A stretch of DNA of 64,000 bases from Bugula neritina (GCA_964035545.1 OZ037769.1:12058633-12122632), one strand, 5' to 3'; positions 1 to 13,296 are shown, counted from the first letter of the stretch. The notes: generated by a model not told the origin, from the letters alone. Numbers and translations are program-made.

Positions 1-1843
1 TGCAATTAACCTAGTTTTCAAAATGTACCTCTAAATTACCATAATATCAGTTTAGATATTTTCATGCTTTGTTAGGTAAACCTAAAAAAAGAAGCTGTAT
101 TCCCAAAGTAAAGGGTGTTGAACTATGAACTATATTAGATTAGCCACTCTGCTACCAAGTGCATCAGTATAATAATATATGAATAGCTCTGATGCTTTGT
201 CTCCGGTGGCTGGCTGCGATATGATAACTTAGCCAACTTCCAAGAGTTTAAAATTGGCGCAATTATTCAAGAGGTTACATACTGCACAGAGCTAGCAGTG
301 ATAGTAACCTTGCTATTGACAGTACTTATTACAACTGCCAGCATATAAGCTGCATTGTAAAATGCCGTTGGGGTAGGCTAGTAAAACCAAATTCTGCTCT
401 CTAATATACCTTAGACACAATGCAGCAACATAATTTTTAGTTTCAAATTACATTGCCACTCTTACATGAGCTGTGGGCTTCATAAAAATTCATATGATTA
501 GAGATTTATGCTATAGGCCCTACCTGTGCTAGTGTATGATGAAAATAACACACCATTGTCAAAGTTAACTTCAAGTATGTTGTTTTCCAAAAACTCAGTA
601 TTGTCCATTTATCTCTCGCTTACAAATACTTATGTAATAGCATACAGTTTAAGTTTTATTTTGGAGCACATCTGCAAACTTTACAATAAGAGCTTGCTTT
701 ACCAGTCTATTTCAGACCTGTTTTTGTAGCTAGTAACGCGCAAGCTACTTATTTTTAAACTTTTGGGTCACTTGTTCAAAACCATTAGCTTTGCTAGTAA
801 CCCGAGGCTATTGCAACAGTTCACTGCTAATCAACATGAATTGACAGCCTAATAATTATAACCCATTTGCGCGGTTCAGAGGTTAGAGGCGTCAGCGAGG
901 AGTTGGTTGGTCATGGTTCAACCCTGCTTTTTTTGCATTTTTTTTTGCAAATCCTACGCATGTATAATAAATATGGCTATAATTGTAAAGTTTTTTTTAA
1001 CTTTTGTTCAACAGTAAGACAACATACATGCATAATAATTAGATATTGAACACTGGGCTAAACCTTAAATTGATCTTATAGAATACAATGTACTTAAAAT
1101 AATCATATGTGAATTAGAGAAACTGAAAGTACACCTGCTGCACTATAGACAGACCTTTACTGACAAGACTGTAAAGTGAAAAGATTTAGCTGAAATTAAC
1201 TTTGCCAAACAAACAAAGAATTATGTTGTGCTGAGGCATTTTCAATAGATTATAACATAGTGGGATGATTCAGCTCAGTGCTAATGTAAAACAGGGAACA
1301 TTATATTGGCAGAAATCTATTAGATTGCCAATTTGTGCGAGAGGGTACTATATGTTATTGTGATAGCGCGCAGAGCGGCAAACGTGCTATGAATGTTATA
1401 ATTAGTCACAGGAGCGTAGCTAGAACCACCATATGAAGAATTTAGAAAATTGCAGTGAAACTTGCAAAATGGTGTATGTTTTTACCAAATTGTGAAGACC
1501 ATAAACAGAATTTCAAAAAACAAAGAAAGTATATTAGAGAAAACATATCAAGGAATGTCAAGTTTAACTTTTATACTTTATAAAATGAATCCCCTGTGCT
1601 ACAGCAGTGGAACATGGAGGGTGTAAAATTTTACTTATTATGCAACAACTTTCTCAGAAATTTTTTTATTGAAAAATTAAAAAGGTATATGAAGGAGGAA
1701 TGCAAGAGCTATCTTTTCATGTAAAATTTATTAATGTGAGACAAAAACTGTTCGAGCTATCCCCTGGAAACCGTTTATATATAACATAAAGCAGTGCCTG
1801 AATCTGGAAAGTAGTGACCTTAAACTAACTGTGTCTGTAGCTT

Positions 1844-2680
1844 CTATACATCTGTCAAAAGGGACTGGTCTAGAATAGTGTTTCCGTCAGTTGTGTCACG
1901 GGTACCCCTCCTCTTCTTCTTTCGGTGACTAGGTAGGATGGAGGTAGCTGTGGTCGGAGGGTGAGAGCCTCCTTTTACTGTTTGTCCTGAGCGGGATACT
2001 AGAACTCGGAGGGACTGTGTAACTATCTCTGGAGTCGGTGCAGTTGATGTTGTCTCATTAGTCAGGGGGTCAGCGTCAGAGTCGCTCTCAACAGGCCGTC
2101 GGGTCAGGGGAAATTGAGTCAGTAATGCTTGTCGCCGGTCCGGTGCAGTCATGTGAGGCAGTATAAGATCTCTGAATTCAGCGTAGGAGTCGGCGTCAAC
2201 TCCATACAAATTTCCAGTATAACAATCTTGTGTTCTTTGGTGTCGGAGTATGGCGTCCCTGTAGAAGTGATAAACTCCACAGGGACAAAATGTCACAGTA
2301 AAATGTTGGGGTACGTGTATCTAATAGAGCCTGTATCTCTGCAGATACAGGTTTAGTCTCACCTGCAATAGAGTATTTAAATTTATCGTACTAACTTTGA
2401 ATCACACTCTATGAATGGGACTCCCTTCTTCAGTGCGATACTGACAACTCAATCACACAGTCTATTAACCCACTGATTGTAAGATCAGTTGGGCCGACTG
2501 TCCCACTCTAGTCGTCAATGCATCGCCTGACATTAGGAGTTTCAACTTTATCATTATGACAAAGTGAGACTGATATCGGCTACCAGAATAAATTCTAATT
2601 AAGTAATAGAATTTCTAGTAGACTTACCCTCCAAAACAGTTGCTGCATCAGCCAAGATGTTTGCTGTCTGTTTTTATAGG
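1844..2680 (-). pseudogene. Putative spliced accessory gene (Cys/His-rich, zinc-finger-like) downstream of the Gypsy 1 PPT
   Basis: Minus strand: CCTATAAAAA (2671-2680), short exon ending G|GTAAGT (2628/2627), acceptor TATTGCAG| (exon starts 2362), ORF with HVPQHFTVTFCPCGVYHFYRDAILRHQRTQDC and a basic RKKKRR patch. A frame disruption lies upstream of 2296. Confidence 0.5.
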
Positions 2681-2848
2681 GCTCGTAGTAGCCAAATTTA
2701 TTCACTGCAAAAGACGTGCTGTCTGTTTGCTGGTTGTAATTGAAAAGAGCGCTCACAGCTAGAGTGGTTAGGTAACACCCTATACGCTAGTGAGTTGGCT
2801 TCTGACTCTTCGGCTGACCTGTTTTATCCGCCACTGGGCAGAATACTA

Positions 2849-5800
2849 TCAATTACTTCGCCCCCCCCAGACTTCTTTTGCACATGTCGATGTCGACCTG
2901 CTATAAACACTATGCATGTCGACCAAGTCGCACAAGAAGTCTCTCAAATAAGATGGTGGCGCCCTAGTACGTTGGCTATGTTCCAACTGTACTGGGATAT
3001 TTGCTGCTACTGGTGACTCTACCACCACGGGTGGTGTCGCCAGTACGGGTGGTTCCACCAGTACGGGTGGTTCCCTCCCAGCTGCCTCTTCCTGATGAAT
3101 TTGAGAAAATTCCATTTCATCCGGGGCGACAGGCGTGTCGGCCGGCTCCACTAGTGGTGGGGCCGGCTCAGACCAATCTTCCAGTGTGCCGGCCGCCTCC
3201 TCCTGGGGCGGGGGCGGCTGGGGCAAGTTGGTCGGTGCGTCGGCCGCTCCCTCCTGACCTGGCAGCACTTCTTCTATTTCTCTGTACGCCATGCCTCGCC
3301 CGCTCATGGGAGGGCGCCGTGCAGGCTTCAAGAGTGGAGGGGCCTGTCCTGCCGCATCAGGGCTTGCCTAGTATGGTTTTAACTGTGCTTTGTTTTGAAT
3401 CGACATTTGTCCAAAACGTTCCACTTTATAGGTGTGATTTGGCATCACCTTAATCACGCAATAAGGACCCACAAACTTCGACTGTCCGCGCCGCCGGCGA
3501 TGACTAGTCATCCAGACTCAGTCTCCCACTTTGTACAAAGGCGGGTCGTCAGAGTCACCACTCCTGACCTGTTACTGCTGCTCACGTAATACCTTGTGAG
3601 CTGTCCTCATGCGTTTCACGAGCTCATCCACATAGTCATGGACGCTGTTCTCTGGAGCCGGAACGTGGTAAGTTACGTGCTCAGGCACTCTGGTTTCTCT
3701 CTCCAGCATGAGAAAATTAGGGGTCTCCAGTGCACTGGAGTGAGGGGTACTACGGTTAGCTCACATGATTTGCGGCAGCACCAAGTCCCACTCTTCTTGG
3801 CTCTTACCGATAAGCAGGCTTCTCAGTGTGTTCCTTAGCATTCGGTTGTTCCGCTCCACAACCCCATTCCCTTGCGGATGATACGATGTCGTCCAACTCT
3901 GGTTTATCTCCCACGTTTTACAAAGATCGCTCATGAGCTGCGACTAAAACTGGGTGCCCTGATCAGAGTTTAACTGTTCCGGCAAGCCGAAATAGCAGAA
4001 CACCTGCTGATCCAAGGCTCTGGTCACCGTGGGGGCCGACGCATCTGGAATAGCCAGCGCATCAGCCCACCGCGTGAAATGGTCAGTTAACACCAGTATC
4101 CAGTTATTACCTCTCACTGTCGTGGGCATGGGACCTACCAGATCTACAGCAACTACCTGCCACAGACGACCGGCATGGAGGCGGCGCCTCCCTGCGGTCT
4201 CAGTGAAGCTGCCATGCTTACTAGCTTGGCATACCTCACACTTCTGCACCCGGAGTCGGACATCCCGGTCATACCGGGCTAAAATCACCTGCCCAGCTCC
4301 TGCATGAGCCTGCTTATGGGTGTCCCAGATCAACTCCCGCTGCAAAGCAAACGGACAGACTACCCTCTTTCGTTCACGGCGATTTGCCCCAGTTGTTAAC
4401 GATATCGTTAGCAACCCATTGCCATTAAACCGGAGGGAGTCCCAGCGGTCACAGAAATACTTGAACTCTGCACACTTAACCCACTGTTCGGTCTTACTAG
4501 GTCGCCGTCCCTCCTTCTTGGCCCGGACTAGGTCAGCTACTACCCTTGGTAGTGTAGCTTGGAGCCGACACAGCTCCTTGACGTTCCTGAGTAGCGTGGG
4601 GTTTGCATGAAGGTTGTTAACAGCTTTACTAGAGGCTTCGGACCGAAGTTGTCCTTCCTCCCAGCTGTATATACCTGCTTTCTCTACTGGCTTTTCAATG
4701 TCCAAGCGAGGGGGTCCATCGTCCCTACGCTCGCTATTTTGGCATTGCTTACACCCATCTGCCCGGCGGCGGCTCAGTCCGTCGGCTTTACCGTGTTTCT
4801 TACCGGGTCGGTGTTTGATCCGATAAGAAAACTCTGCCAGGATTTCAAGCCAGCGCTACTTGGCTAGATGGCTCAGCCCGTCGACACAGCCATATCAAAG
4901 ACACATGGTCTGTTCATAATTTGAACGTGCATCCGTACATATATGGTCTGAAGTGTTTTACCACCATGACTACTGCCAGGAGCTCTCTCCTGGTGGTACA
5001 GTAGTTTTTCTCAGGCGCCGACAGAGCCTTACTATAGTAAGCTACCACCACCTTGTGGCCATCTTGGACCTGAGACAGCACAACCTCCACATTGTGGTTA
5101 CTGGCATCAGTATCCAAAATGTACTCCTTTGCCGGATCAGGGTACGCCAAGATGGGCGCCTCTACCAACCGATCCTTGAGGTGGTCAAATGCCTGCTGTT
5201 TTGTCTGTGTCTACTGCCATCGCACCCCCTTTGCTGTCAGCCGGTTTAATGGCTGTGCAATTCCTGCGAAGTCTGGTATGTACTGACGTTAGTACCCTAC
5301 CAGGTCCAGGAACGCTCGCAATTCAGGGAGGTCGACAGAGACAGCCCAGTCCCTCACAGCCCATACCTTCTCGGGGTTGATGGCGACCCCGTCTTGACCA
5401 ACTACATGGCCCAGGTACTTAACCTCTTGTTGCAGCAATGTGCACTTAGAGGGCTTGAGTTTCAGAACAGCAGCTCGAAGTCTGTCAAACACTTCTCTGA
5501 GCCGACTGACATGAGTGTCGAAGTCAGGAGAGATGACAATGACATCATAGAGGTAGATGAGCAAAATCTTCCAGTGTAACCCACTCAGGACTTGCTCCAT
5601 GAGTCGCTGGAAGGTGGCCGGCGCAGAAGTAAGTCCAAATGGCAACACCTTCCATTTCCAGAGCCCATCCCGCGTAATAAACACGGCCTTGTCCTGTGCA
5701 TCAGGACTCAGGGGCACCTGCCAATACCCACTTAGCAAGTCCAACGTACTGGAGAACTTGCTGCCAGCTAAAGCATCTAACGACTCATCGATCCTAGAAA

Positions 5801-6974
5801 GAGGGTAAGCATCCTGAATGGTCATGCTGTTCAGTTTGCGATAATCCACACAAAACCTCTAGCTCCCATTCTTTTTCCGAACCAAGACAACTGGAGAGCT
5901 CCAAGCACCATGGGCTGGATCAATCAGGTCCCAGTTCAGAAGGTCTTGCACCTGTCAGCTCACTTCCTTTTCCTTTTCAGGACCTAACCGGCGGTTCGGC
6001 TGCCTGATAGGCACCGTCCCAGCCGCCAGGGGTATCTCATGACAGACAGCCTTAGCCAGGCCCATGTCATGGTCTTCGCAACTGAACACATTCTTGTACT
6101 CAGAGAGTAGCTGCGCCACTACCAGGCATTTCCGCTTACTCTCACAGCCATTGCAGGCATCCTCATACAAATCTATCAAGTGTTGAGGCACCGACCTCCT
6201 GCCGTCCCTAGTGGGTACCCGTCGGGCCTCGTCCGCTGTTTCCAGGGCCGGTTTGACATCCTCTCCCTGCACGGTGTAGAACTTCCCTACTAGTGACCCA
6301 GCCGGCAATTCTACCAACTCCATGAAAAGATTCACACACTGGACCAGGAACTCCCTCCGCTCAACCAGTGTATTCAGACTGTTAGCGAGCTGGACGCCCC
6401 CAAGTGCACCTTCCACCACTCCCAAGTCGGACATTTTCCTACAGTCCACTCTGCAGCGAACTGTAGCCCGAGAGCGCCCAGGGAAAGTACAGCGCTGTAC
6501 CACCTGCACTCCCCCCACCAAGGGTCGGCCAAATCGGTCAACACAGGCCAGCTCACGTCCGGCCATCACCACCGCCGACTTATTAAAGTCAATGTGGCAC
6601 CTGTGTCGCTTCAAAAATGGCATGCCCAAGATGGGGTCCTCCTTGAGTTGGCTGATGATGAAGGTCTCGCTGATCACCTGATCACAGACTCTACCAGTCA
6701 ACTCTATCACACCATAAAAAGGAATACACGACCCGTATGCCAATGTGTCGTGTTCCCCTTCATATGGCTCCAGGTTAGCCCGGTCCCTAGCACTGAGTGT
6801 GTCAAACAGAAGCCGGCTCAGAAGATTTGTGGTACACCCAGTATCCAACAAGAAAGTGGCAGCTTTTCTGGCAAGTTTACCAGGGAGGAAATAACTGCTT
6901 CCATATGGCTGGGCGCTCACTGAGCAGTTCGTTTCTGGAGGTGACACTTTATGTGCATGGATTTGGGAATGCAC
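2849..6974 (-). pseudogene. Gypsy 1 pol (PR-RT-RH-IN), disrupted
   Basis: ORF pieces 5955-6974 (protease), 5289-5849 (RT), 4914-5168 (RNase H), 3944-4705 (integrase), 2849-3331 (Pro/Glu-rich tail ending RTRAPPSYLRDF). Confidence 0.92.
2856..2875 (-). promoter_or_regulatory. Polypurine tract of Gypsy 1
   Basis: Minus strand GAAGTCTGGGGGGGGCGAAG at the end of pol, followed within 4 nt by TG (2851-2850). Confidence 0.75.
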
Positions 6975-8171
6975 CTGTGCTTTTCAGTTGCGAGGGGGTG
7001 GTCGACGTCTCGTGGGCAAGCGGGTTACATCTCGGTCTTGCTCACACACGGGCACCTAGTGAATGCTCGGTCCTGCGCTCGTGTGGGCAACTGAGGGAAA
7101 TCCCTGTCTTGCTCCCACTTGTTTTACATCCCCTCATTAGGCAAACCTTCAAAGCGGTTTTTGAGTGCCCCAAACCGGAGGTTCTAGCGGGCCTTGCGAC
7201 CTGCTAACTTTCCTGGAGGCTTGCCACTCTGGCAAAGGCGGCCTCCTCACCTGATTGGGTTTGGGCCTTGGTCTTGGCCTTGGCCTCGAAGGGTTAAACC
7301 AAGGCCCACGGTCGGCAGAGCCTATCGGGGGCCGTTTCTGTTTAACTGCCTCTCTCTACCACGGAAGCAACCTCGTACGAAAAGCCCACAACTGCCCCAA
7401 CATGCGGGGCCTTGCCTGCTGTCGACAGCTGCCGGTGACCTGGTTGGTCGCTCTGCTGCCGACTGTTGACGTGGTTGCCTGATTTCGACTAACAGCTCGC
7501 GAACCAAGCTTGTGGTCAAGCTGGTCGGCTCGCCGGCTGCCGCCGTGGTGACATGTGCAGTCGTCTTGGCCGGCAACAACGACGTCAACCTGATGCATTG
7601 TCGTCCCAGGCCGGCATGTACTGTCGGCTTGGAAATAAGCATTTCCAAGCCTGAGAGCTCGCTCCATGGTCTCAACCTCAGCTACTAGCAAGTGTTGCCT
7701 TAGCCCTACATTGCTAATAAACTGGAGAAAAGCATCTAGTGCCAAACTTTGCCGACCATTCGCAGGTAAGTCACCATAAGCAACTTGTGCTAGCCGTTCT
7801 ACTACGGTTGCGTGCTCTCGCAAGGTAGTCTTAGGATTTCTCCTAAGTCCCTAGAGCTGTACACGAGCATCCCGAGCAGTCAGCCCAAACCGGGCTCTCA
7901 ATGCCTCAAAAATATCGCCGACGTCCTGGCCTATCCCATAGGGTTTAGCCGGCCCTGTCAGACACAACCGTAGCTAGATCAGAGTAACGCTGGCAGGCCA
8001 TCGACAGATGGCCGCCACATCACTGAACTCAGTGATAAATTGCTGCACATCCTTTTCTCCTGAGAAGATGGAAGCACGTAAATGATACCTGTCCATAGGC
8101 AGCGCTGGGCCGCTTATGTCGTCCTCCATCGCTACCGGTTGCTGACGGGGTATGTCTACGTCGACGGCCAT
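6975..8171 (-). pseudogene. Gypsy 1 gag (disrupted)
   Basis: ORF pieces 7974-8171 and 7356-7823 (REHATVVERLAQVAYGDL...) separated by in-frame stops; Cys/His knuckle-like remnants near 7050-7400. Confidence 0.8.
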
Positions 8172-8209
8172 CTTTTACTCCCTGGCTAGGTACATTTGCA
8201 ATAAGAAAG

Positions 8210-8227
8210 ATCCCATCGCTGCCACCA
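8210..8227 (-). promoter_or_regulatory. Primer-binding site, tRNA-Leu type
   Basis: Minus strand TGGTGGCAGCGATGGGAT lies 1 nt from the LTR end and matches the complement of a eukaryotic tRNA-Leu 3' end (TGGTGGCAGCGGTGGGAT, from memory) at 17/18. Confidence 0.85.
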
Positions 8228-8228
8228 C

Positions 8229-8682
8229 TGTTGTGAGTTTACGATTCACTATAATTAGTGGGTCTACTTATTCAAAGCCACTTCACCAGGTTTATCACGA
8301 ATTGAATAGAATTTATTATTTACAAACTATACAGCAAAAAAAGTTACTAACGCTAATGCACACGATTACATACTAGAGAGTGATTTATACACAACTTTAA
8401 ATGATGAAGATCCGATTCACTCTGCCGGCTACGCTGCCTAACAAGCTTCTACTATACATTGGCAGCTTCGCTTACTACTAATTGTTAGCTACATCCTATT
8501 GGTTATCACGGTGGTGCCATCTTGGCGACATGATGCTGGCTACATCATGTAACTGTCCGATATAAAGTTATCCTTTTGATATAAAAACTACCGATTGGGA
8601 ACACAATACTAAAACTCTTTACAATATCTTAGAAAATATTATTTTCAAAATTACACAAATAAAGGAGTATAAAGTCACAACA
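8229..8682 (-). repeat. 5' LTR of Gypsy element 1 (454 bp)
   Basis: Terminal inverted octamers TGTTGTGA (8229) and TCACAACA (8675-8682); AATAAA on the minus strand; PBS immediately adjacent. Confidence 0.88.
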
Positions 8683-8743
8683 ATAAACTATTCATGGATA
8701 AAAATTTATGGAAGTAAAACAAAAATTAACGCTTGTTATGATG

Positions 8744-9147
8744 TGGCAAATATTCAATTTTTTTCAAAATTCATAGGAATTTGCCAATATTCAATGGCTT
8801 AGCATTTATGCACACAAAGTATTCTGCAGTATGTGTTATTATTAGTGCAAATTGATAGGTGTTATCAAATCACACACCAAATTTTAAGGCTCAGTCTAAA
8901 AAAATAATAAAGATATGGACGTTTACCAATTGGTCTAAAAGTGAAAATCGCAAATTTTCCTCAAAATTTTTTCCAACCTTTGTTCATGGAAGTAGTCATT
9001 TCTCAAAAATTTTTAGTGTCAGGACAGAAATATTCAAAAATTATACTCAGGACATGTTTAGGTCCATTTGGTGTAAATATGAACAAAATCTGAGACACAA
9101 AGGCGTGGGACTTTCTGAAATTTGGTTGATTTGACACGGAATGACCC
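8744..9147. mobile_element. Single ~400-bp arm of a long-TIR (foldback-like) DNA transposon family
   Basis: Ends in TGACACGGAATGACCC and is the approximate reverse complement of 57304-57697 (GGGTCATTCCATGCCA...). It abuts the point where Gypsy 2 RNase H stops. Confidence 0.75.
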
Positions 9148-10504
9148 ATCTGCTGATACATTTTTCGACCCTTTCACATATCTAATTTTATAAATAAATC
9201 ATTGTAGAAGAAGCTTGAATCTCTGTATTCGAGGTGGTAAACTATCTAGGAATATTTTCTCAAAAAGGGTCACAAGAGGCCGATGATCAGTTTCTATGAG
9301 AATGTTTTTCATTCCCAGGATGTACTGGGAGAATTGTTCCATAGCCCAGCAAACACCAAGACCTTCAAGCTCAAAGGCAGCATACTTCTGCTCCGTCTCT
9401 GTCAAAGAACGACTAGCCGCTGCTACCAATCTGCGAGTCCCGTCAGGCTGAATCTGACTAAGTGTAGCCCCAAGATTTGTTTACTAGCATCTGTTGCTAC
9501 TATTGTCTGCCTTTTTGTTGAATATGGAGCTAGCACTGGTGTGCTTTTAAAAAGATCTTTTACTTGCTAAAAGGTTTCATCATGTTCCTGTGACCAAACC
9601 TAAGGAGTATCTTTTTTAAGCAAGGCGCGAAGCAAAGCAGTCTTTTCTGACAAGCATTCGAAAAATTTAGCGTAATAATTGGCCAGCCCCAGAAAACTTC
9701 TTACTGCAGAGACAGATTTTGGAGTCAGAAAATCCAACACTCCTTGTAAACGGGGGGCCTGCATGGATTTCCTTTTCATCTATCACATGACCTTAAAATT
9801 CCACCGATTTGACTCCAAACTTGCATTTAGACTTATTTAGCGTCATTCCAGCACACATGATTCTATCGAAGACCTTTTTTAGCTTAGCATCATGATCCTC
9901 TTCAGTGTTGTCAATCACCAATATGTCAAATGTTCATAAAGATAATTACTCCACTTAACCCTTCCAGTATTCTGTTCATCTCTGCCTGAAATATCTCCGG
10001 AGCACTGCATAGACTCTGTGGTAACCTGAGGTACCGATAACTGCCGGAGTGAGTAAGAAACGTAGTAAGTTTGCTTGATTTTTCAGACAAGGGTATCTGC
10101 CAGCACCCACTGTTTGCTTCAATTTAAGACCAAACTTTTCCTTGACCCAATACAGCTTGACTGCTGTCTACTGTAGACATAGGGTTCACTTCTCTGACAA
10201 CATGTTTATTGAGTTCTGTATAGTCAGTACAAATTCTCACTTTGTTTTGATCTGACTTAGGCACTACGACTATTGGGGCTACCCAAGGAGTTGGTTCTTC
10301 TACCTTCTTAATCACACCATCTTCCAACATCTGTTTAAGTGCCTCGTCCACCATGTTTTACTGGGGAAATAAAATTGGCCTGGGCACGTAGATGGCAAAC
10401 AGTTTTGCATCAGGTCCTAATGCAATCAAGTACTCGGACTTTACACAACCTAACCCCTTAAGCAGTTGATCATCCACACTCACATTTCCAATATGGCACA
10501 AAGA

Positions 10505-11634
10505 TTCATCAAGAGTGTAGCGTCGCCACTAACTATAGATGAGTTGTACTGGTGTTGGTGTTACTAACTTTATTTTTATAATTATTCCAACTGCCGTAAG
10601 AAACTATAAAAGTAGGTTAATATATGCAATTATAATAGGCTTTCAAAATAAAACCAACAAAAATAAAAAACCAACAATTATTTATGACTTTTAAAGTAAT
10701 CAAACACATATACATATTTTTTATTATTCACCTCTTGCCTTCTTTTAGTTGCTAGCTAGGGTGAGTTTAACTCTAGGAAACGACATTGTAGGTTTACTAA
10801 AAATATTAAAGTTTATAATAAAAAATGACAATAAATGATAATTGCCATAGACAAAGTTAAGTGATTATATCAGTTAAGACAAGTAATGATGTATGTATTA
10901 CATAAACAAAGATTAAATTTGTATTCAAAGTTGACTTGAATAAACAGTTGCAGTAAAATACTGTTATGAATAGATGTAAAACGTTAAGCTACAAAATAAG
11001 GTTCTATCCTGTGACAACCTGATTAATAACTGGAGAGCCTGCCTTTAGAATTCACAATTTTATGAAAAATCTATTATAAAGTAAACACATAGCCATAATT
11101 TTATTATGCACCAACCACACTGGCATTTCAAACTTGTTAAACTCCTAAATATGCTAAATAAACCAAATATTTATTATTAAGTTGAAATAGATAAAAATAC
11201 TTAAGGAAAGCTTCAAACTATTACAAATACTGAAAAACAAAACTAACCTGTGCCTCTTTAGGTTAATTTCAATTTAAATTCATTTATATTTTGTTAATTA
11301 TATCATTAAAATTGATTGTTCTTCATGCGATGGAACTTGCATTTCTAGCGGCTACTATTCTACTAACTGAAGGTTCAACCTCTGCACTGAAACATCCAGG
11401 CTGCCAAGGCATAAAGCCACAGCCAAATAACGAAGGCATGCTGTTATCTAATAAATGAATTGACAACTATTGCAGTCGTTGCGTTGCGTATATAGGCGAG
11501 AATCAAGTGATGTGATAATCTATTTGAGTGGAACGTTGCGCTAAACGCAATGCTGAATGCTTAATAAACTGTTAGATATTCATTACATTATGCTGCTTTT
11601 ACAAATTGAAATAATTATGCTATGTGATAACTTT
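10505..11634. mobile_element. AT-rich ~1.1-kb insertion of unknown class between protease and RT of Gypsy 2
   Basis: pol coding stops at KLKLISL(C) and resumes at SLCHIGNV...LKGLGCVK; flanked by direct repeat ACAAAGA (10498-10504 and 11635-11641). Confidence 0.55.
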
Positions 11635-12649
11635 ACAAAGAGAAATCAGTTTTAGCTTTTCACAGCAGGCTGATCTGCTTAAAAGAGGCACCTTCTGACC
11701 TGAAATTATGTTAAGATCTTCAGTGATCACCGTGTCCTTAATTTTTAATTCGCTAGTGATAACTCTCACGCATGTTAGAGGAGTGTTTCCTGGGCCTCTT
11801 AGCGTCTTTTTTGTTGGTTTCGCATCACCTGTACAGTGACTGGGTCCACAAACACTGAGAGCAGCCCCTGTATCTAATTTAAATCTAATTTTCTGGCCAC
11901 GCCATCTACTAATGCTAACTGTAATATCAGCGAACCAGGAATCTCCTTCCACTGATTTGATAAAAGACATCTCACCCAAATAAACATCGTAATCTGAATC
12001 CATAACATTGTGTTCTTCTACCTCATAGATTTTCTGGGAACACCTTAATTTCCAGTGATTGTATTCTTTACAATTTTTACATTGAGTGCCATAAACAGGA
12101 CAGCGGCGATTTTGCGGATGATTTCTCTCACAGTTGCTGCACAAGGTTTTTTTTAGCTTTTCAATGGGTCTTTCCTGGTCTGGTCTAAACTGACTTACTA
12201 CTCTAGATTAATTTTTTTTATTTGGCTGGTTTTTTTAATACCAGGGTTTGTACTAATTTGAATTGCTTCTACATCTTGTGGCTTCAATGATGTTGATTTA
12301 GATTTTAAAGCCTCTGATTTTTCGGCCAGTCTCAGCGTCCTTATAACAAAATCCAAAGTTAATTTCTCATCAGTTTCCCTCATCAACTTTTCCATTTCTT
12401 TTGTGTCATCTAGTTCAAAGAGCAACTTATCTCGTTATAATGAATCTCTCTGACTTCCAAATTCACATCCTTAAGCCAGTTGTCTCAGTTTCATTAAATA
12501 CACATTTACTGTATCTTCATTTTGAGCACAACTATGAAACCTGTGTCTGGTAACAACAACTCCTGAGCTAGGATTACAATAATCTTGAAAGCGGTTGATT
12601 ACATCAACTAATCTTCGACCCTCAGTCCCTTCATCAAGCTCCGTGATAG

Positions 12650-12966
12650 TGTTATAATTCTTCCAATTATAATGTTTAGAGTGGATTATATATGCAACTA
12701 TATCCTATTTGATTTATAGCTCCAAGCACCCCACTCGTGGTACGAGATAAAAGTCTATATTTAATCCGATAAATACAAGTAATAGTAAATACTTTTAATT
12801 TCTATAATACATTCAAAAGTCTACTATCTTTTTTCACATACTACTCTCAACTGTTATCTATATAAAACTGTCCGGAAGCATTCTGCTTCGCAGGGGGTAA
12901 TCACGTGCTTCAATGTGATTGGCTCTAATGCACGTGTATAACTAGTAAGCTTCGCTGGTCACTACA
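12650..12966 (-). mobile_element. Solo LTR-like insertion (317 bp) in the gag of Gypsy 2
   Basis: TGTAGT...ATAACA termini with CCAAT and TATA-like motifs; gag coding resumes on both sides (...PDNNGT / ITELDEGT...). No TSD seen. Confidence 0.65.
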
Positions 12967-13296
12967 CCAGTCCCATTATTATCAGGAGTACTAGGAAACT
13001 CCCTCTGAGAATACAACTCTCTCACATCTTTACCACCAACATGCCTAAACAAAGTTAGCTTGTTCCTTTCAGCAACCTTTGAAGTGCCAACCAAATCAAT
13101 TGCAAACAAGTAATCATTAAAGGATCTAACCCAACGACGCCATACCCGTGAAAGGTCATCTGCTCTGATATCTAATTAGGCCGGTGGTGTAATCCCTTCC
13201 ATGACCACTCAATTCTATTGACTTTCTTATTACTCAAACTTCTCCAGTCACACAATAACGAAGGCTTATAATGGGTTACTCAAAGCACTGCCACCA

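Larger units (their letters stand above)
1844..8682 (-). mobile_element. Gypsy/Ty3 LTR retrotransposon 1, decayed and truncated at its 3' (left) end
   Basis: Order on the minus strand: 5' LTR 8229-8682, PBS, gag from ATG 8171, protease (FLLDTGCTTN), RT (MDYRKLN, DLLSGYWQV, PFGL, YLYD for YLDD), RNase H (YILDTDASN, NYCTTRRELLA), integrase (HKQAH...CEVC, AVDLVGP, DHFTRW, SDQGTQF), PPT at 2856-2875. Many stops and frameshifts. Confidence 0.95.

Noticed and set aside
858-1062. piggyBac-like MITE (ATAA CCCA...TGGG CTAA)
   Set aside because: TIR match is too short and the TTAA sites are imperfect.
2795-7482. Many plus-strand ORFs over Gypsy 1
   Set aside because: Antisense shadows of GC-rich gag/pol with no recognisable domains.
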